From positions 13,454,001 through 13,518,000 of the forward strand of contig CM022667.1 in the NCBI GenBank assembly GCA_012295275.1: DNA of 64,000 nt, given 5' to 3'. A model generated the notes under the pieces. The model searched no databases. It saw only the letters and a program-made list of their open reading frames with translations, and had not been told where the DNA came from. Below, one piece after another: positions 33,105-45,812 of the stretch (the first letter of the stretch is position 1; every line of letters starts with the position of its first letter). This DNA is from Chrysomallon squamiferum. Lineage: Eukaryota > Animalia > Mollusca. The position numbers were made by a program, and so were the translations under genes.

Positions 33105-34229
33105 ATATTGATAATATTTCCAGTAGATGCAGAAAAACTCGGACACAGGCCCACGATTTCAGACAATGTGTTTGCTGGTGTATTAATAAGAAATTTATCA
33201 AACGTCTTTGTTTTATTTGCAGAAATGTAGGTTTTCAAATAATCGATGAAATATTTTATAATGTAAATCAATATCGCTTGATCTAATTCTTTATTTAATC
33301 AATATGTAGCAACTTAGTGGATTAAATAACCTGTAAAAAATAAACAATTTGAGTAAATTAAAATTTTATTAACAACAAGGGTAATCTTTATTGGTTTTAA
33401 AGTATTGACATTTCAGTGTTCCTGTCTTGATGTTTTCAAGTGTTGAAACAATAAAAACATTTAATGGCTTTGAAAGGATTGATTCATATTTTGTAACATA
33501 ACAAACTCCTGATAAAATAAAACATTATGTATAGATATCTGTATCCATGTATTTACGAATGAATAGTGATAGACGATAGCACTCGGCCTCCAAGATAACC
33601 GTAAAAAAATGTTGCTCCGTAACTGAGGGTAATAATCGCTTCCATTCGGTCTATTTCTCTGATACTTTGTATTTCGTCAGTTTTATAAGTATTAATTTTA
33701 GGTTCTAATTTTAATACAGAAGTAGATATTCGTTGTTTGATACTGTCGTTACGGGTATTTTATTTTGTTGCTCTTCGCAGTTTTCATATTATTAAGTGTT
33801 TTAACGAAAGTGTATTGTTGAAAATTTGTAAATATCCAGATAATGACGTCATACAAATTGTTGATGTTATTTCCCCTTCTGTGTTTTAATAGTTTATCTA
33901 AATTGTTACTATAAATGAATATGAATTTGCATTTGTATTTCCTTATTTTTAACGAGACGACTACAGCATTATTATTATTTATTTTTTTCATATTAGATAT
34001 TGTTTTCAAATATTAATTTAGACTAAAAGGAGGATAAAAACTAAAGAATATAAAAATAAAAGTAAGAATACAAAATCTATCCCTCACCGTCACTCCAATC
34101 ATGTATTTATTTAAGGATTCGGTCTATTTCTCTGATACTGTTTCTATTTTCGTTCATGGAGTAGTCAACCCATTTTACTCCGAGGTTACCAATATAGAGC
34201 ATCACACTGATTTATGAAAGTACACAAAA

Positions 34230-35438
34230 TTACATCGGTTTCTCACAAACGTAAACTCGGCCTTCAGAACAGCCAGTATCATGCCATGTGTTCCCCGGAA
34301 AACGTAAGACAACACAGTCCTCGTTCAAATTATTATTGTGAGGTTCACCTGCTCCCCACCTGAAAAACACTGCCTGAACTCCGTTCTCCCAAACATACAC
34401 GTCTTCTGTAACTTCATCAGTCAGTCCGATGAACAAATATTGATCAGTCTCTGTATAATAATAACAATAATTATATCCAACAACAACAACAAACCAATAA
34501 TAACCAATAATAACATACACAAAACAACAGCAGCAAGACGAAGAAGAAGAAAAAATAACAATGTGAAGCTAAAACAGTTGCTTACAATTTCTTAATTTGT
34601 TTCTTTCCTTCTGTTTTAATTTTTATAATTTTTACTTTGTTTTTATTATTTATTTATTACTTTATTTGTGATATATATATATATATATATATATCAATAT
34701 TTAAGTTCCTACCTTTGTTTGCTTGGATGTAGTCACCAACAGCTGTGTTTTTCTCTTCTGTGTCCAGTACAATCAGCCTTGAACCTATCTGACTGCAGGC
34801 TTCGCGTGCTTCAGAAAATGTTTTCTTATCACTGAACACTTTGAAACAGAGATTCAGTTTGTCCAGATAAACAAACCCATCTTCCACTGGACAGGAACCT
34901 GCCAGGAATTTAGAAAAAGGTTTTAAAATAATAATTTATTTTCAGAATTAAGAATAATACTTATAGTAAAGTCATATACGGACTAATTACTGTTGCAAAA
35001 TTAGTACTAGAAATGTGTTTACTATCGTAGAAAAATATTTAGGTGTGTGTTTTGAATTTAAAGTATGTTTTTTAATATCTGTTTGTGTGTCTGTGTTTCT
35101 TTAATGAATTTAAGGTATTTTGAGTGTGTGCGTGTGTGTGTGTGAGTGTGTGTATTTGTACCTGCACTCAGGTAAAAGTGCGTCCAGCCAGGTGAAGCTG
35201 AATAGTTTGCTGAATTTATAAATCTCAAATAATGCAGACGACAAATTCCATACACGTTGTACGAAAACCAAATACATGAAGAATTATCTGCGCATCGTAT
35301 CCCACAATGGCCTTGCGATGTAATTCTTTCAGCAGAAGATATGAGAGCCTGGTTTATCTGAAGATTTTCAAAATTAGGATTTTTAATCCACATCATTTTC
35401 TTGTTGCACCTGTGATAATAATAATAATAATAATAATA

Positions 35439-35501
<63 letters not shown>

Positions 35502-35716
35502 AAGAAAATTAAAATCAAACAATGAAATGTTAATTTCTGTTCGGTTTGATTTTATTTTATAACGACATATTTCTCTTATTGCAATATCAAACAATTAAAT
35601 TTTATCTCTATCCTGACATATAGTTAACAATATATAAACTCAGATATTACATACCTCTCGTCACCATGGCAATAGATTACAAATTCTACCAACAAAATAA
35701 ATGGTGAGTAATTCAT
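34230..35716 (-). CDS. A4: secreted PAN/Apple + C-type lectin (EPH/WHD)
   Basis: Exons 35655-35716 (MNYSPFILLVEFVIYCHGDER), 35162-35409, 34713-34898, 34230-34450; GT-AG introns, open frame. Confidence 0.92.
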
Positions 35717-36053
35717 GTCTAACAGATATGAACGAATTTCAACCAAACTGAGCAGTATAATAATTCGTACTGTTCTGTGTCTTTCTTTAGCAGGTTCGTA
35801 TTGAATACTGGTAATCGTTCCAGTAGAAGCAAATTCGAATAGAGGAGAACACAGTCGATGTGTTTGGTATTGTGTTAACAATATCATTATGAAGAGCGTG
35901 AAATCTGTAAATAACCAATTGATCTCTATCATTTGATATATATATAGATATATATATATTATGGCCTGCAGAAAAATATACTGTAAAATAATCAATGAAA
36001 TATTTTATAAAGTAAATCAATTTCGCTGGCTGTAATTGTTCATTTATGAAATA

Positions 36054-36725
36054 CAGGGTGGTCCACAAAAACAGGTGCAATTTTAAAGACTTATATTTTC
36101 CAGAGAAATTAATATTTTATTTCCATTTTCAGGTGACTGGTTGAGTGCAGCTGTATGTTTTATCTGATGGCAAGATGGATGTAGACCAAAATTTTTGAAC
36201 TGTACTTTGCTACAAAATCACCTGTTCTCGTTCAGAGGCAATTTCGGCGTGAATTCCCAGGGAGGAAAATTCCACATCGTAACACTATCAGAAGGCTCAT
36301 AGAGAAGTTTAGAGGCACTGGTAGTGTGGGTAACAACAACAAGGGCCACAGTGGTCCTGTATGTTAGCACTCATTTGAAACAGTCACCGCGGAAGTCCAC
36401 CAGATGGCTGTCACAAGAAGTGGGGATTTCACGAAGTTCTGTGATAGGAATTATTCATAGTGACTTGAAACTATTTCCCTACAAAGTGCAGATTCGTCAA
36501 GCTCAAAGCCAGACCGATGAGAATGAAAGCTATGCATTTTGCCAGATTATTAGTGAACGGATTGAGGACAATCATCGCCTTTGGGACGTCCTTGTCTTCA
36601 GTGACAAAGCACATTTTGACCTGAGTGGGCATCTGAATAAGCAAAACATGAAGTTCTGGGCCAGAGCACAGCCTCATGAGCATGTGCAAGCAGCCCTGAG
36701 TGTAGAAAAACAACCGTGTGGAGGA
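36054..36725 (+). mobile_element. 5' half of a second Tc1/mariner-superfamily (Tc3/maT-like) transposon
   Basis: TA|CAGGGTGGTCCA terminus; VQRQFRREFPGRKIPHRNTIRRLIEKFRGTGSV HTH; SPRKSTR..DLKLFPYKVQ..VFSDKAHFDLSGHLNKQN; truncated before the remaining catalytic residues. Confidence 0.88.
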
Positions 36726-36889
36726 CAGATATCAGGCGAGAAATTAGGTGTATATCTGTTTTCATAATTACGGAGAGGATTAAATAAACTATTAAATGAT
36801 AAATATCATAGAAAATCTAAATTTTATTAAATTTGTGTTTTGTTGACGTTGTAATAAATATGTTCATTAAAATTTCAACTTATCTCCTC

Positions 36890-38008
36890 TACTAAAAGCA
36901 TGACACCTGATGAAATGGAGGAGTACATATACCAAAATGATCACAGAGGCTCAATAATCTGGGTGTGCACCAGCGGCATTGATGACACCAGTATATGCTT
37001 CTGATGAGAGCATTAATCTCAGGAACAGTAATTGGGTTCCATTCCAGGTTCACAGCAATTTGTAGGTCATGGACATTAAAGATATGAGGATGGTTTTCGC
37101 ATACCCTACGGCCAAGTAGGTCACATGCGTGTTCAAGTTGAGGATCAGTTAGAGGTCTTTGGTGGCCAGTTTAAGCCATGGATGCGGTTCCGCTCAAGAA
37201 GATTAGTGATTAGCCTAGCGGTATGTGGTCTAGCGTTGTCATGTTGAAAGAGAAAGCCAAGATGTTGCTGCAGGCATGGCATGACTGACCACTATGGTTG
37301 CGTCGCAAATGTTGGTGTATTCTGGGCCATCTCAGACGTTCCTGAACGTGACGCGCTGTCAGGGGATCAGCTAGAAGAAGTTAACCTGCTTTTAATCCAG
37401 CAGCATGGAGACAGTTACGGACATTTTGGGCATGAATTCTAGTGCATGTTGTTTGCTGTAACGTACGTGCTAAACATGGAGCACCTATGAACCTGTGACG
37501 TCGAGATGACGTCACTAAATACCTGTTTTGTCTTGGAGTAGTTAATTGTGGTCTACCAGAACGTGGTCGATCTCGAAATTGCCCAATGTCGGAGTATGAT
37601 ATGGTACTGTCTTGAACACGAAAGTACTTAGCGACGTCGTGTACGCGATGACCGGCGTGAAGCCGTCCCCTTACTTCATCACGTTGATTTTCCGTTACGC
37701 CTGGACGGTGATCCATTATAAACAGGATAAATTCTTCCTTTTGGTTTTGGACAATGTTGGTTCAGTGCATCAAAACGTGATTTCAGTGCATCCGTATGGC
37801 ACTCGCTTCTGAGACAGCACGAGCGCACAGTGTTTGCACGTGCAGTACCCATAGCGGCGTGCGAAATGACAAATTGTGTTCTTTTCATTACCCAGAGCGC
37901 CTGGGCACATGCAACTAAAGTATTACCAAGTTTTATCACTTTATTTTAATTTATTTCGAAGCAACTGTCATTTATAAAAATGTGCTAAACTTTTTCGGTT
38001 AAGAATAG
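36890..38008 (-). mobile_element. Tc1-like transposon (copy 3), decayed
   Basis: ORF 37381-37716 MDHRPGVTENQR...DRPRSGRPQLTTPRQNRYLV; FQHDNARPH and WPPK downstream; TIR-like TGCTAAACTTTTTCGGTTAAG at ~37983-38004. Confidence 0.88.
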
Positions 38009-39246
38009 TTCGTAAACATGCCGATTTTTTTAGATTTTGTTCTGATATCAGAGTGCTGATATTAGTTATTAACTGAAATGAATTACATTTAATACTTTAG
38101 CAGGTTAATGAATGATGTTGTGCCAGTCTCTCACACATCGAAATGCTTTACAGATGACGTACTGTGTCGAAGAAGAAAAAAAAAGTGACTTGTCAGAGGA
38201 ACCTACTATGGAAATGAGAATATATTACGTCGCAGTTGGATGTGTCATATACATTGAAACAAAAACAGTTGGATGGACTGTATTTGCTGTATGTGCATAC
38301 ATCTCTCACAAACCCTTTGGTGTAATTAGTATACACAATTTGTACACTACAATATTATTAATTTCGCCAGTAACTGCTGTTTATTTAATTTATTTATTGT
38401 TATTATTTTTTTTTTTTTCCTATTATTTTTTGCTGAATTTATGTACTGTCCATCCAGGATAATTCTGGAAAAGTAAATGGAAACAGGAACAAAACAAACT
38501 TATAAAAATCTAATTTTTATGCTTTATGTTTTTATTTTATGTTTATTTTATCAAATTTGATGGATGTGTTGTCAGAAAGACAGTGACAAAATACCGTGGA
38601 AATGGAATTTGGAATTATTAAATCTTGAATCTATAAACTCTGAATATGAATCTTTTATTTACCTGAAACTGTGCGTATAATCAGTGACAGCTTGTGCAGA
38701 ACCCACTTGAAGAAGCCCGGACTCTACCTTATGTGAAACTAATTTGTTTTTGATATGGTGCTGATCTAAATAAATATTTATTTGTTCTTTTTCATACAAA
38801 ACTAAAATATAAAATAAATAAATAAAAAATAACTTTAATGCAATCTGCAATAAGAACGAAAATGTTAGTTATTTAATAACTAATAATTTATTAAAGAAAA
38901 ATTAATAACTAATTTATAGTGTAAATGAATTATGGATTTTAATTATTTATTTTGAACAATAACTATATAGTAATATTTCTCTGTTAAAATTGGCTTTTCT
39001 ATTGGCTGTTTCTTGTACATTGAAATAAATATAAAAACAACAAAAATCACAGTGAAAGTGGACGCCAGCTTTACTCTGTTGATATCAACAATCGTGACTA
39101 ATACTATGGTAATTATTATAGTGACTAAAAATACTGACTTTTTATGTGCCAATACCCATGGAAAATGTAAAATAAATAAATAAATAAACAGAAGAAGATT
39201 ACCATTGATGATGATGATGATGACAATAATGGTAATGACAACAGGG

Positions 39247-39248
<2 letters not shown>

Positions 39249-39339
<91 letters not shown>
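39249..39339. repeat. (TC)n microsatellite (duplicated at 49788-49888)
   Basis: Pure CT run about 300 bp inside each duplication unit. Confidence 0.95.
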
Positions 39340-39344
<5 letters not shown>

Positions 39345-40428
39345 ACAAATAAAATTCTACGAAACTAAGCTACTAACTAGTATCAAACATTAGAAAGAGT
39401 TAAACTAGAAAACGTTTAGTCAGAAATTGAACTTTAGCAAAAATGTGGTATGAAGCCGAAGCACATGAACACGTTCAGTATAATTGTTACAGTCTCCCAA
39501 AGAGTTTAATTTTTAATGACTACATTTATTAACCTTCGACTCTATCTGATAATCAATAAAGGTAAATAGAAAACAAACAATTACTGTAAAAGTGGACGTC
39601 AGCTTTCCTCTGTTGATATCAACGATCGTGACTAATGTTATGGTAATTATGATAAAGAATTTTTTTTCTTATACAGTATTGGATTCCCATAGAAAATGTA
39701 AAATAAATAAATATCGAGAAGAAAAATTAATTATGACTAACTTGTTGCTAATGATGATACTCAGAAAACACATTTTTCTTATGTAGTATATGGTACTGGT
39801 ATAACTACATATATTTCAATGAACAACAGAGCAAATCATTAGTATTCAAAATTCACAAATGGAATTTAATTTTTAATCATGCAGAAGGAGGTGTAAATGT
39901 ATAGAAAATCAATGAATCAGTGTAAACCGATATTTGGTTTCACAAAAGTCATTTACGTCAAATGTAATTTTATACTGGTTATAGTTCTTTCTTTCCTTCC
40001 TTGTTGTTTTGACTTGTTTTGATAGTTTTTTCCTTTTTTTTATTTGTTTCTTAGTTTGTTCATTTTTATTATCTTATGTTTATTTATATTTTGTATATAT
40101 ATTTTTTAAAGGATTTATTTCTAATTAGTAGATTTTTTATTTGCTTTGTTATTCATGTTTTTTTTTTTTTTTTTTTCTCTTTCTACTTTTTTTTTTTAGG
40201 TGGTTTGTTATTGTTATTGTTATTGCTGCAGCGTTTTTACCTCTGAAGATATATGAAAAAATTTAACTCAGATATCTGCAATTTACTCGGAAGACTGCTG
40301 AAGTAAATACATTTTATATAATTCTAATTTCCTACTAGAAGTTAATATGTGAATGTTTTTCCTGTTTCTAGAAGGCGATTTTATTTTTATTTTCTATAAG
40401 ATAAATATAACTTTTCCTTTTAAACATG

Positions 40429-40471
<43 letters not shown>

Positions 40472-41865
40472 TATTATTATTATTAAAACAAGGAAAACAT
40501 TCAAAAGTTAATTTCTACTTGATTTGGTTTTATTTTATAAGAACAGATGAGAAAGCTTTTCATTTTAACTATTAAGTTTTCTACTTATAAACTGTCAGTT
40601 CATCTTATTATAACAAATGAAACTGCTTGAAACTTAGGCTAATAATCATATAATAAAATCTATTATTTTATTTCATTTTTTTATCATTATTTGTTGTTTC
40701 TTCCTATTATTTATTTATTTTTCATTTTTTTTTTTTTTATCTTTCAAATATTATCCTTCTGCTTCACTTCTCTTCATCAATTTTGTTTTTCGTGTTTCTT
40801 GTTTCTGTTGTATTTAGTTTTATTTAATTTACTTTAGTGTCGCTTCTTTTATGGTTGCTATTGTCGTTGTAGAGATTATGAAATTTATTCGGATGTCTGC
40901 TTAAATAAATAAATAAATTTGATAAAATACATATTCCCTGTTGGAGATGAATATATTCAGGTTGTTGATGTTATTATTAATAATCTAGAATGGGATACAG
41001 TCAGTTGTGTCAATGTGATTCTATTACTTTATTTCATGTTTTTGTTTCTTTTTGAGGAGTTTTATTTTTAAATATTATTCTCCTGTCTTACTTTAAATAT
41101 GAATTATTATTAGTAGTTCTATTGGTATTTGTAGTAGTATTTGTTGTTGTGGTCGCGGTTGCTGTTGCAATTGTAGTACAAGAAACAGAGATGTTTGTTT
41201 TTGCTGGTCTTTGTTTGTTTCTTTGTTTTAGTATGTATCGATTTACTGCCTTTTCCTAAAGTCATCATTGTTACGTTCTATTTTGTCAGATGTAAATATA
41301 TAAACTATCATTTGTTAATTTTAATTTTGTTTATTTCTATTTCTCATGTATCTGTTGTAATTAACGATTTAAAAGTTTAATAAGATTTATTTTAGTTCTG
41401 AGTAACCTTCCTTCATTAAATATTTGATTTAATTATAAAATGATGGAAACAAGTGCTGATTAATACCTACTTACAACCTGGTTACGTTTAATGTAATCGG
41501 AAGTAAGAAGGAATTCACTTACATTTTTTGCATTGTTTATGCTGACATGTGTTTAGTAGAGCAGAAACACTGAAAATTTAATTAATTAATTGTAACTTTT
41601 GAACTACAACTATTCCTACTCTGAATTTTTTATTCATGAAATGGTCTTGACGACGAAAAATTTTGATGAAGGAATGAGTAACTCTGTTTTAGACAACTAT
41701 TTTATTTTAATCAACCTCATCATAACCATCAGAATCATCATAATAATCATGATTGTCGTCAGAATCTATAAATTACTGGTTCGTAAAAGATTAAAAAAAT
41801 GAATGATCTGATTTCGTTAGTTTCATCTGTAACAGTATCAGATTTGCATTCAGTAATACAGAAAA

Positions 41866-42750
41866 TCACATTGGTTTCTCACAAATGTAATTTCCTTTTG
41901 TAGAACAGACAAAATCATGCCATGTGTTCCACGGAAAACGTAACATAACGCAGTCCTCGTTCAAATTATTATTGTGAGGTTCGCCAGTTCCCCAGTTGAA
42001 GAACACTGCTTCATTTCCGTCCTCCCAAACATATACGTCTTCTGTAACTTCATCAGTCAGTCCGATGTATATGTATTCATTTGTGTCTGAACAATTAGAA
42101 CAACAATAGAAATAATAAAAGTACCAAGGACATAAAAAATAACAAGAACAATATCAATAATAAAAAAATATAATAATAACAATAACAATAATAATCATAT
42201 TAATGTAATGATACTGCGTTTAGTTACAACTGTAAAAAAATAACGTATTTATTACACAAGCTTTTGTTGTCAAAGTAAGTCAGATAGTTGTGTATTAGTA
42301 GTAGTAGTAGTAGTTATATGTCAATATATATATATGTTCCTACCTATGTTTGCTTGGATGTAGTCACCAACAGCTGTATTTTTCTGTTCTGTGTCCAGTA
42401 CAATCAGTCTTGAATCTATCTGACTGCAAGCGTCACGTGCTTCAGAAAATATTTTCTGATCGCTGAACACTTTGAAACATAGATTCAGTTTGTCCAGATA
42501 AACAAACCCATCTTCCACTGGACAGGAACCTGCCAAGAAATTATGATAATTTAGAAAAAGTTTTTAAAATAATAATTTGTTTTCAGAATTAAGAATAATA
42601 CTTATATCAAAGCCATATACGGACTAATTTTTTATACAAGAATAGGTCTAGAAATGTATTTAGAATCCAACGAATTTATTTACAGTAATTTTTTTGTTCG
42701 TCTTTCTCTGTGTCTGTGTGTGTGCTTATTGAATTTAAATACTTTTTAAT

Positions 42751-42796
<46 letters not shown>

Positions 42797-43553
42797 AATT
42801 TTCTACCTGCACTCAGGTAAAAGTGAGTCCAGCCAGGTGAAGCTGAAAAGCTTGCTGAATTTATAAATCTCAAATAATGCAGACGACAAATTCCATACAC
42901 ATTGTATGAAAACGAAACACAGGAAGAATTATCTGCGCATCGTATCCCACAATGCCCTTCCGATGTGATTTTTTCAGTAGAAGATATAAGAGCCTGGTTT
43001 ATCTCAACATTCTCAAAATTAGTATTTTTTATCCACATCATTGTCTCGTTGCATCTGTGATAACAACAACAACAACAACAACAACAATAATAATAATAGT
43101 AACATCGGTTGCAGTAATGATGACTTGATGATAATGAGACCGGTGGTGATGATGATGATGATGATGATCATGGTTATTATAGTTGTTATTATCACATTAA
43201 CATCATCATTAATATTATTAGTGTTGTTATCGTAATGATTATCATTATCATTACTATTACTACTACTACTACTGATACTGCTACTACTACTACTACTACC
43301 AATACTATTATTATTACTCAGAGAAAATAATACATTTCACAAAAGAAAATTAAAACAATGAAAATGAAATCGTATTTGATATTATAACGACAGAATTTCT
43401 CTTACTACAATATATCACAATTATCTTCATTGTCAGTTTTGTCTCTATTCTCAGATATAGTTAACAATATATAAAAAGAGATATTACATATCTCTCATTA
43501 CTATGGCAACAGATTACGAACGCTACAAACGAAATAAATATAGAGTACTGCAT
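41866..43553 (-). pseudogene. A5: PAN/Apple + C-type lectin gene (EPH/WHD); coding exons intact but intron-1 donor mutated
   Basis: Exons 43492-43553, 42807-43054, 42344-42529, 41866-42086 are all open. The donor reads AG|atatgt (position 43491), versus AG|gtatgt in paralog A7. Confidence 0.75.
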
Positions 43554-43851
43554 CTCTCACAAACATGAACGAATTTCAACCAAACTGACCGCTATAATAA
43601 TTTGTACTAGATTATATGTATCTGTATTTAGTTCGGATTAAATATTGATAATCTTTCCAACAAAAGCAGACAGCTACGAGTTTAAACATTGTGATTGGGT
43701 GTTGTATTAATAAGAACACAATCAAACGCCTGAAAACACTTCGTGTCAATTGTTGTCTGGCATACTATACAATTTCTTTTTCTATAACGTGCAGAAAAAT
43801 ATAATGACAAAATTAATTATCAGTATCGCTGGCTGTTATTCGATTTTTTTA

Positions 43852-43901
<50 letters not shown>

Positions 43902-44349
43902 TGTAGTATTTCCATGAGAGATTAAATGAATCGTAAAAATGTTAACAAATTCAGAAAATTAAAATTTAATTAGGAACAATGTATAAATGTGTTTTGCTTT
44001 TCAAATACTGACATTTTACTGATGGTTTGCTGTTGTTTTGGTTCGTGATATAATAAATATGTTTACTGGCTTTGAAAGGATTGACTGATGTAATTATGAC
44101 GATATGAAATGATGTTGATGCTGACGACGATAATGATGTTGAGAAAAGAAATAGCAATTCAACAATAGACAACTATTTTAATTACATTAAGTTCGTAAAT
44201 TAGAGATTAATCAAGAATTAAGAATTCATTAGAGTTTAAATTGATTTTGTTGTTTCTATTTCTATTTGTTGTTTCTATTTTGTTGTTTCTATTTGTATCA
44301 TTTATGTGTGATAAGACAGAAAACAATCCCTCTTTGACAATGTAGAAAA

Positions 44350-44570
44350 TCACACTGGTTTCTCACAAATGTAATGTTGACTTCGGGAACACTCGACATC
44401 ATGCCATGTATTCGCCGGAAGATATAAATTAACACAGTCCTCGTAGGAAACAGAATAGTTAGGTTCACCTTTTCCCCAGTTGAAAAACACTGCTTCAACT
44501 CCGTTTTCCCAAACATAAACGTTTTCTGTAACTACATCAGTCAGTCCGATGTACAAAAGCCTCTCTGCAT
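44350..44570 (-). pseudogene. Orphan, fully open A-type CTLD exon 4 (EPN/WHD)
   Basis: cag acceptor in the correct phase; 221 nt; AERLLYIGLTDVV...GEPNYSVSYEDCVNLYLPANTWHDVECSRSQHYICEKPV*. Upstream there is only a ~30-bp exon-3 tail relic at ~44725-44755. Confidence 0.85.
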
Positions 44571-45117
44571 CTGTATAATGATAAAAACAGTATTAATAAA
44601 ACAACAACAACAATAATAATAATTTTGAAGCTAATGTTTTCTTTGCAACGGCAGAGAGACATTCTATATGCGGTAGAAGATTATTACAGTAATAGTAGTA
44701 GTTGTATATCAATATTGAAGTTCCTAACACTGTTTGTATGGATGTGGTTACCAACACTAAATTCATTGTTATTATTGTTGTTGCTATTAGTGCTGGTGGT
44801 GATAACATCAAAACAAACGTACATAACAACATAAATACTGACATACAACAAAAACTACTATTAATACACAACTATTTCATTTACTTTACAAAAACAAAAA
44901 TAAAATAAAACCAAAAAGAAAAAAAAAAGAATAAGAAAGAAACGAAAGTACATGCAGTATCGCTGTGCAGTAGCTTATAAATGCATTAGCTTTACATTAT
45001 TGTTGTTGTTGTTTTTGTTGTTATTGGTATTGTTATTATTGCTATTATATTTATTATTATTCACACAGGTAAATTATTGTTGTTGTTGTTAGACTATAAT
45101 TATTGTTATTATTATAG

Positions 45118-45339
45118 AGATCTGATCAATTTTTATACATCGGACTGACTGATGAAGTTACAGCAGACCTGTTTGTTTGGGAGAACGGAGATCAGGCTGT
45201 GTTTTTCAACTGGGGAGTAGGTCAACCTAACGGTGGTGATTCTAACGAGGACTGTGTTACGTTACGTTTTTCTTTCAACAAATGGCATGATGTCAGATGT
45301 TCTCCAAGAGGAATTTACGTTTGTGAGAAACCAATGTGA
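45118..45339 (+). pseudogene. Orphan A-type CTLD exon 4 (QPN/WHD)
   Basis: SDQFLYIGLTDEVTADLFVWENGDQAVFFNWGVGQPNGGDSNEDCVTLRFSFNKWHDVRCSPRGIYVCEKPM*. The acceptor is 1 nt out of phase and there are no upstream exons. Confidence 0.85.
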
Positions 45340-45500
45340 TTTTGTATGTTTTAGAAACCGATGTGATTTTATGTATTGTGAGAAACGAATGTGATTTTGT
45401 ACATTGTCAAAAATCAATGTAATATCCTATACGGTTTCAAACCAATGTGATTTTGTGCATTGTCAAAATTCATTGTAATATCCTATATTGTTAGAAACGA
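45322..45500 (+). repeat. ~28-bp degenerate minisatellite (~6 units) seeded on the lectin stop-codon region
   Basis: Units resembling TGTGAGAAACCAATGTGATTTTGTAYAT, repeated in tandem. Confidence 0.8.
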
Positions 45501-45757
45501 TAGTCATACAGTTTAAAACCACAAAGTTTAGGATTGGGTGCAGACACTCTCATCACACAACGACTGCCATGTTGCACAGAGAAAGAATGGTATGGTTCGA
45601 AAAGAAAAAGATTTGGACATAAACGGAATACAATGTAAAGATAGGATTAATTTTATTAAGATTTTATTGAGATTTACGGCATTTCCAATTAATATAGTTA
45701 GTTTTATTCATTACTTAACGTAAGAATATAAGATGTTTATATTTATCTATCTATCTA

Positions 45758-45812
<55 letters not shown>

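Noticed and set aside
44350-45339. Diversity-generating retroelement (CLec target plus template repeat)
   Set aside because: No reverse transcriptase is present, differences are not adenine-restricted, and the context is intron-containing eukaryotic DNA.
45322-45500. CRISPR-like array
   Set aside because: Contiguous degenerate units without unique spacers, and no cas genes.
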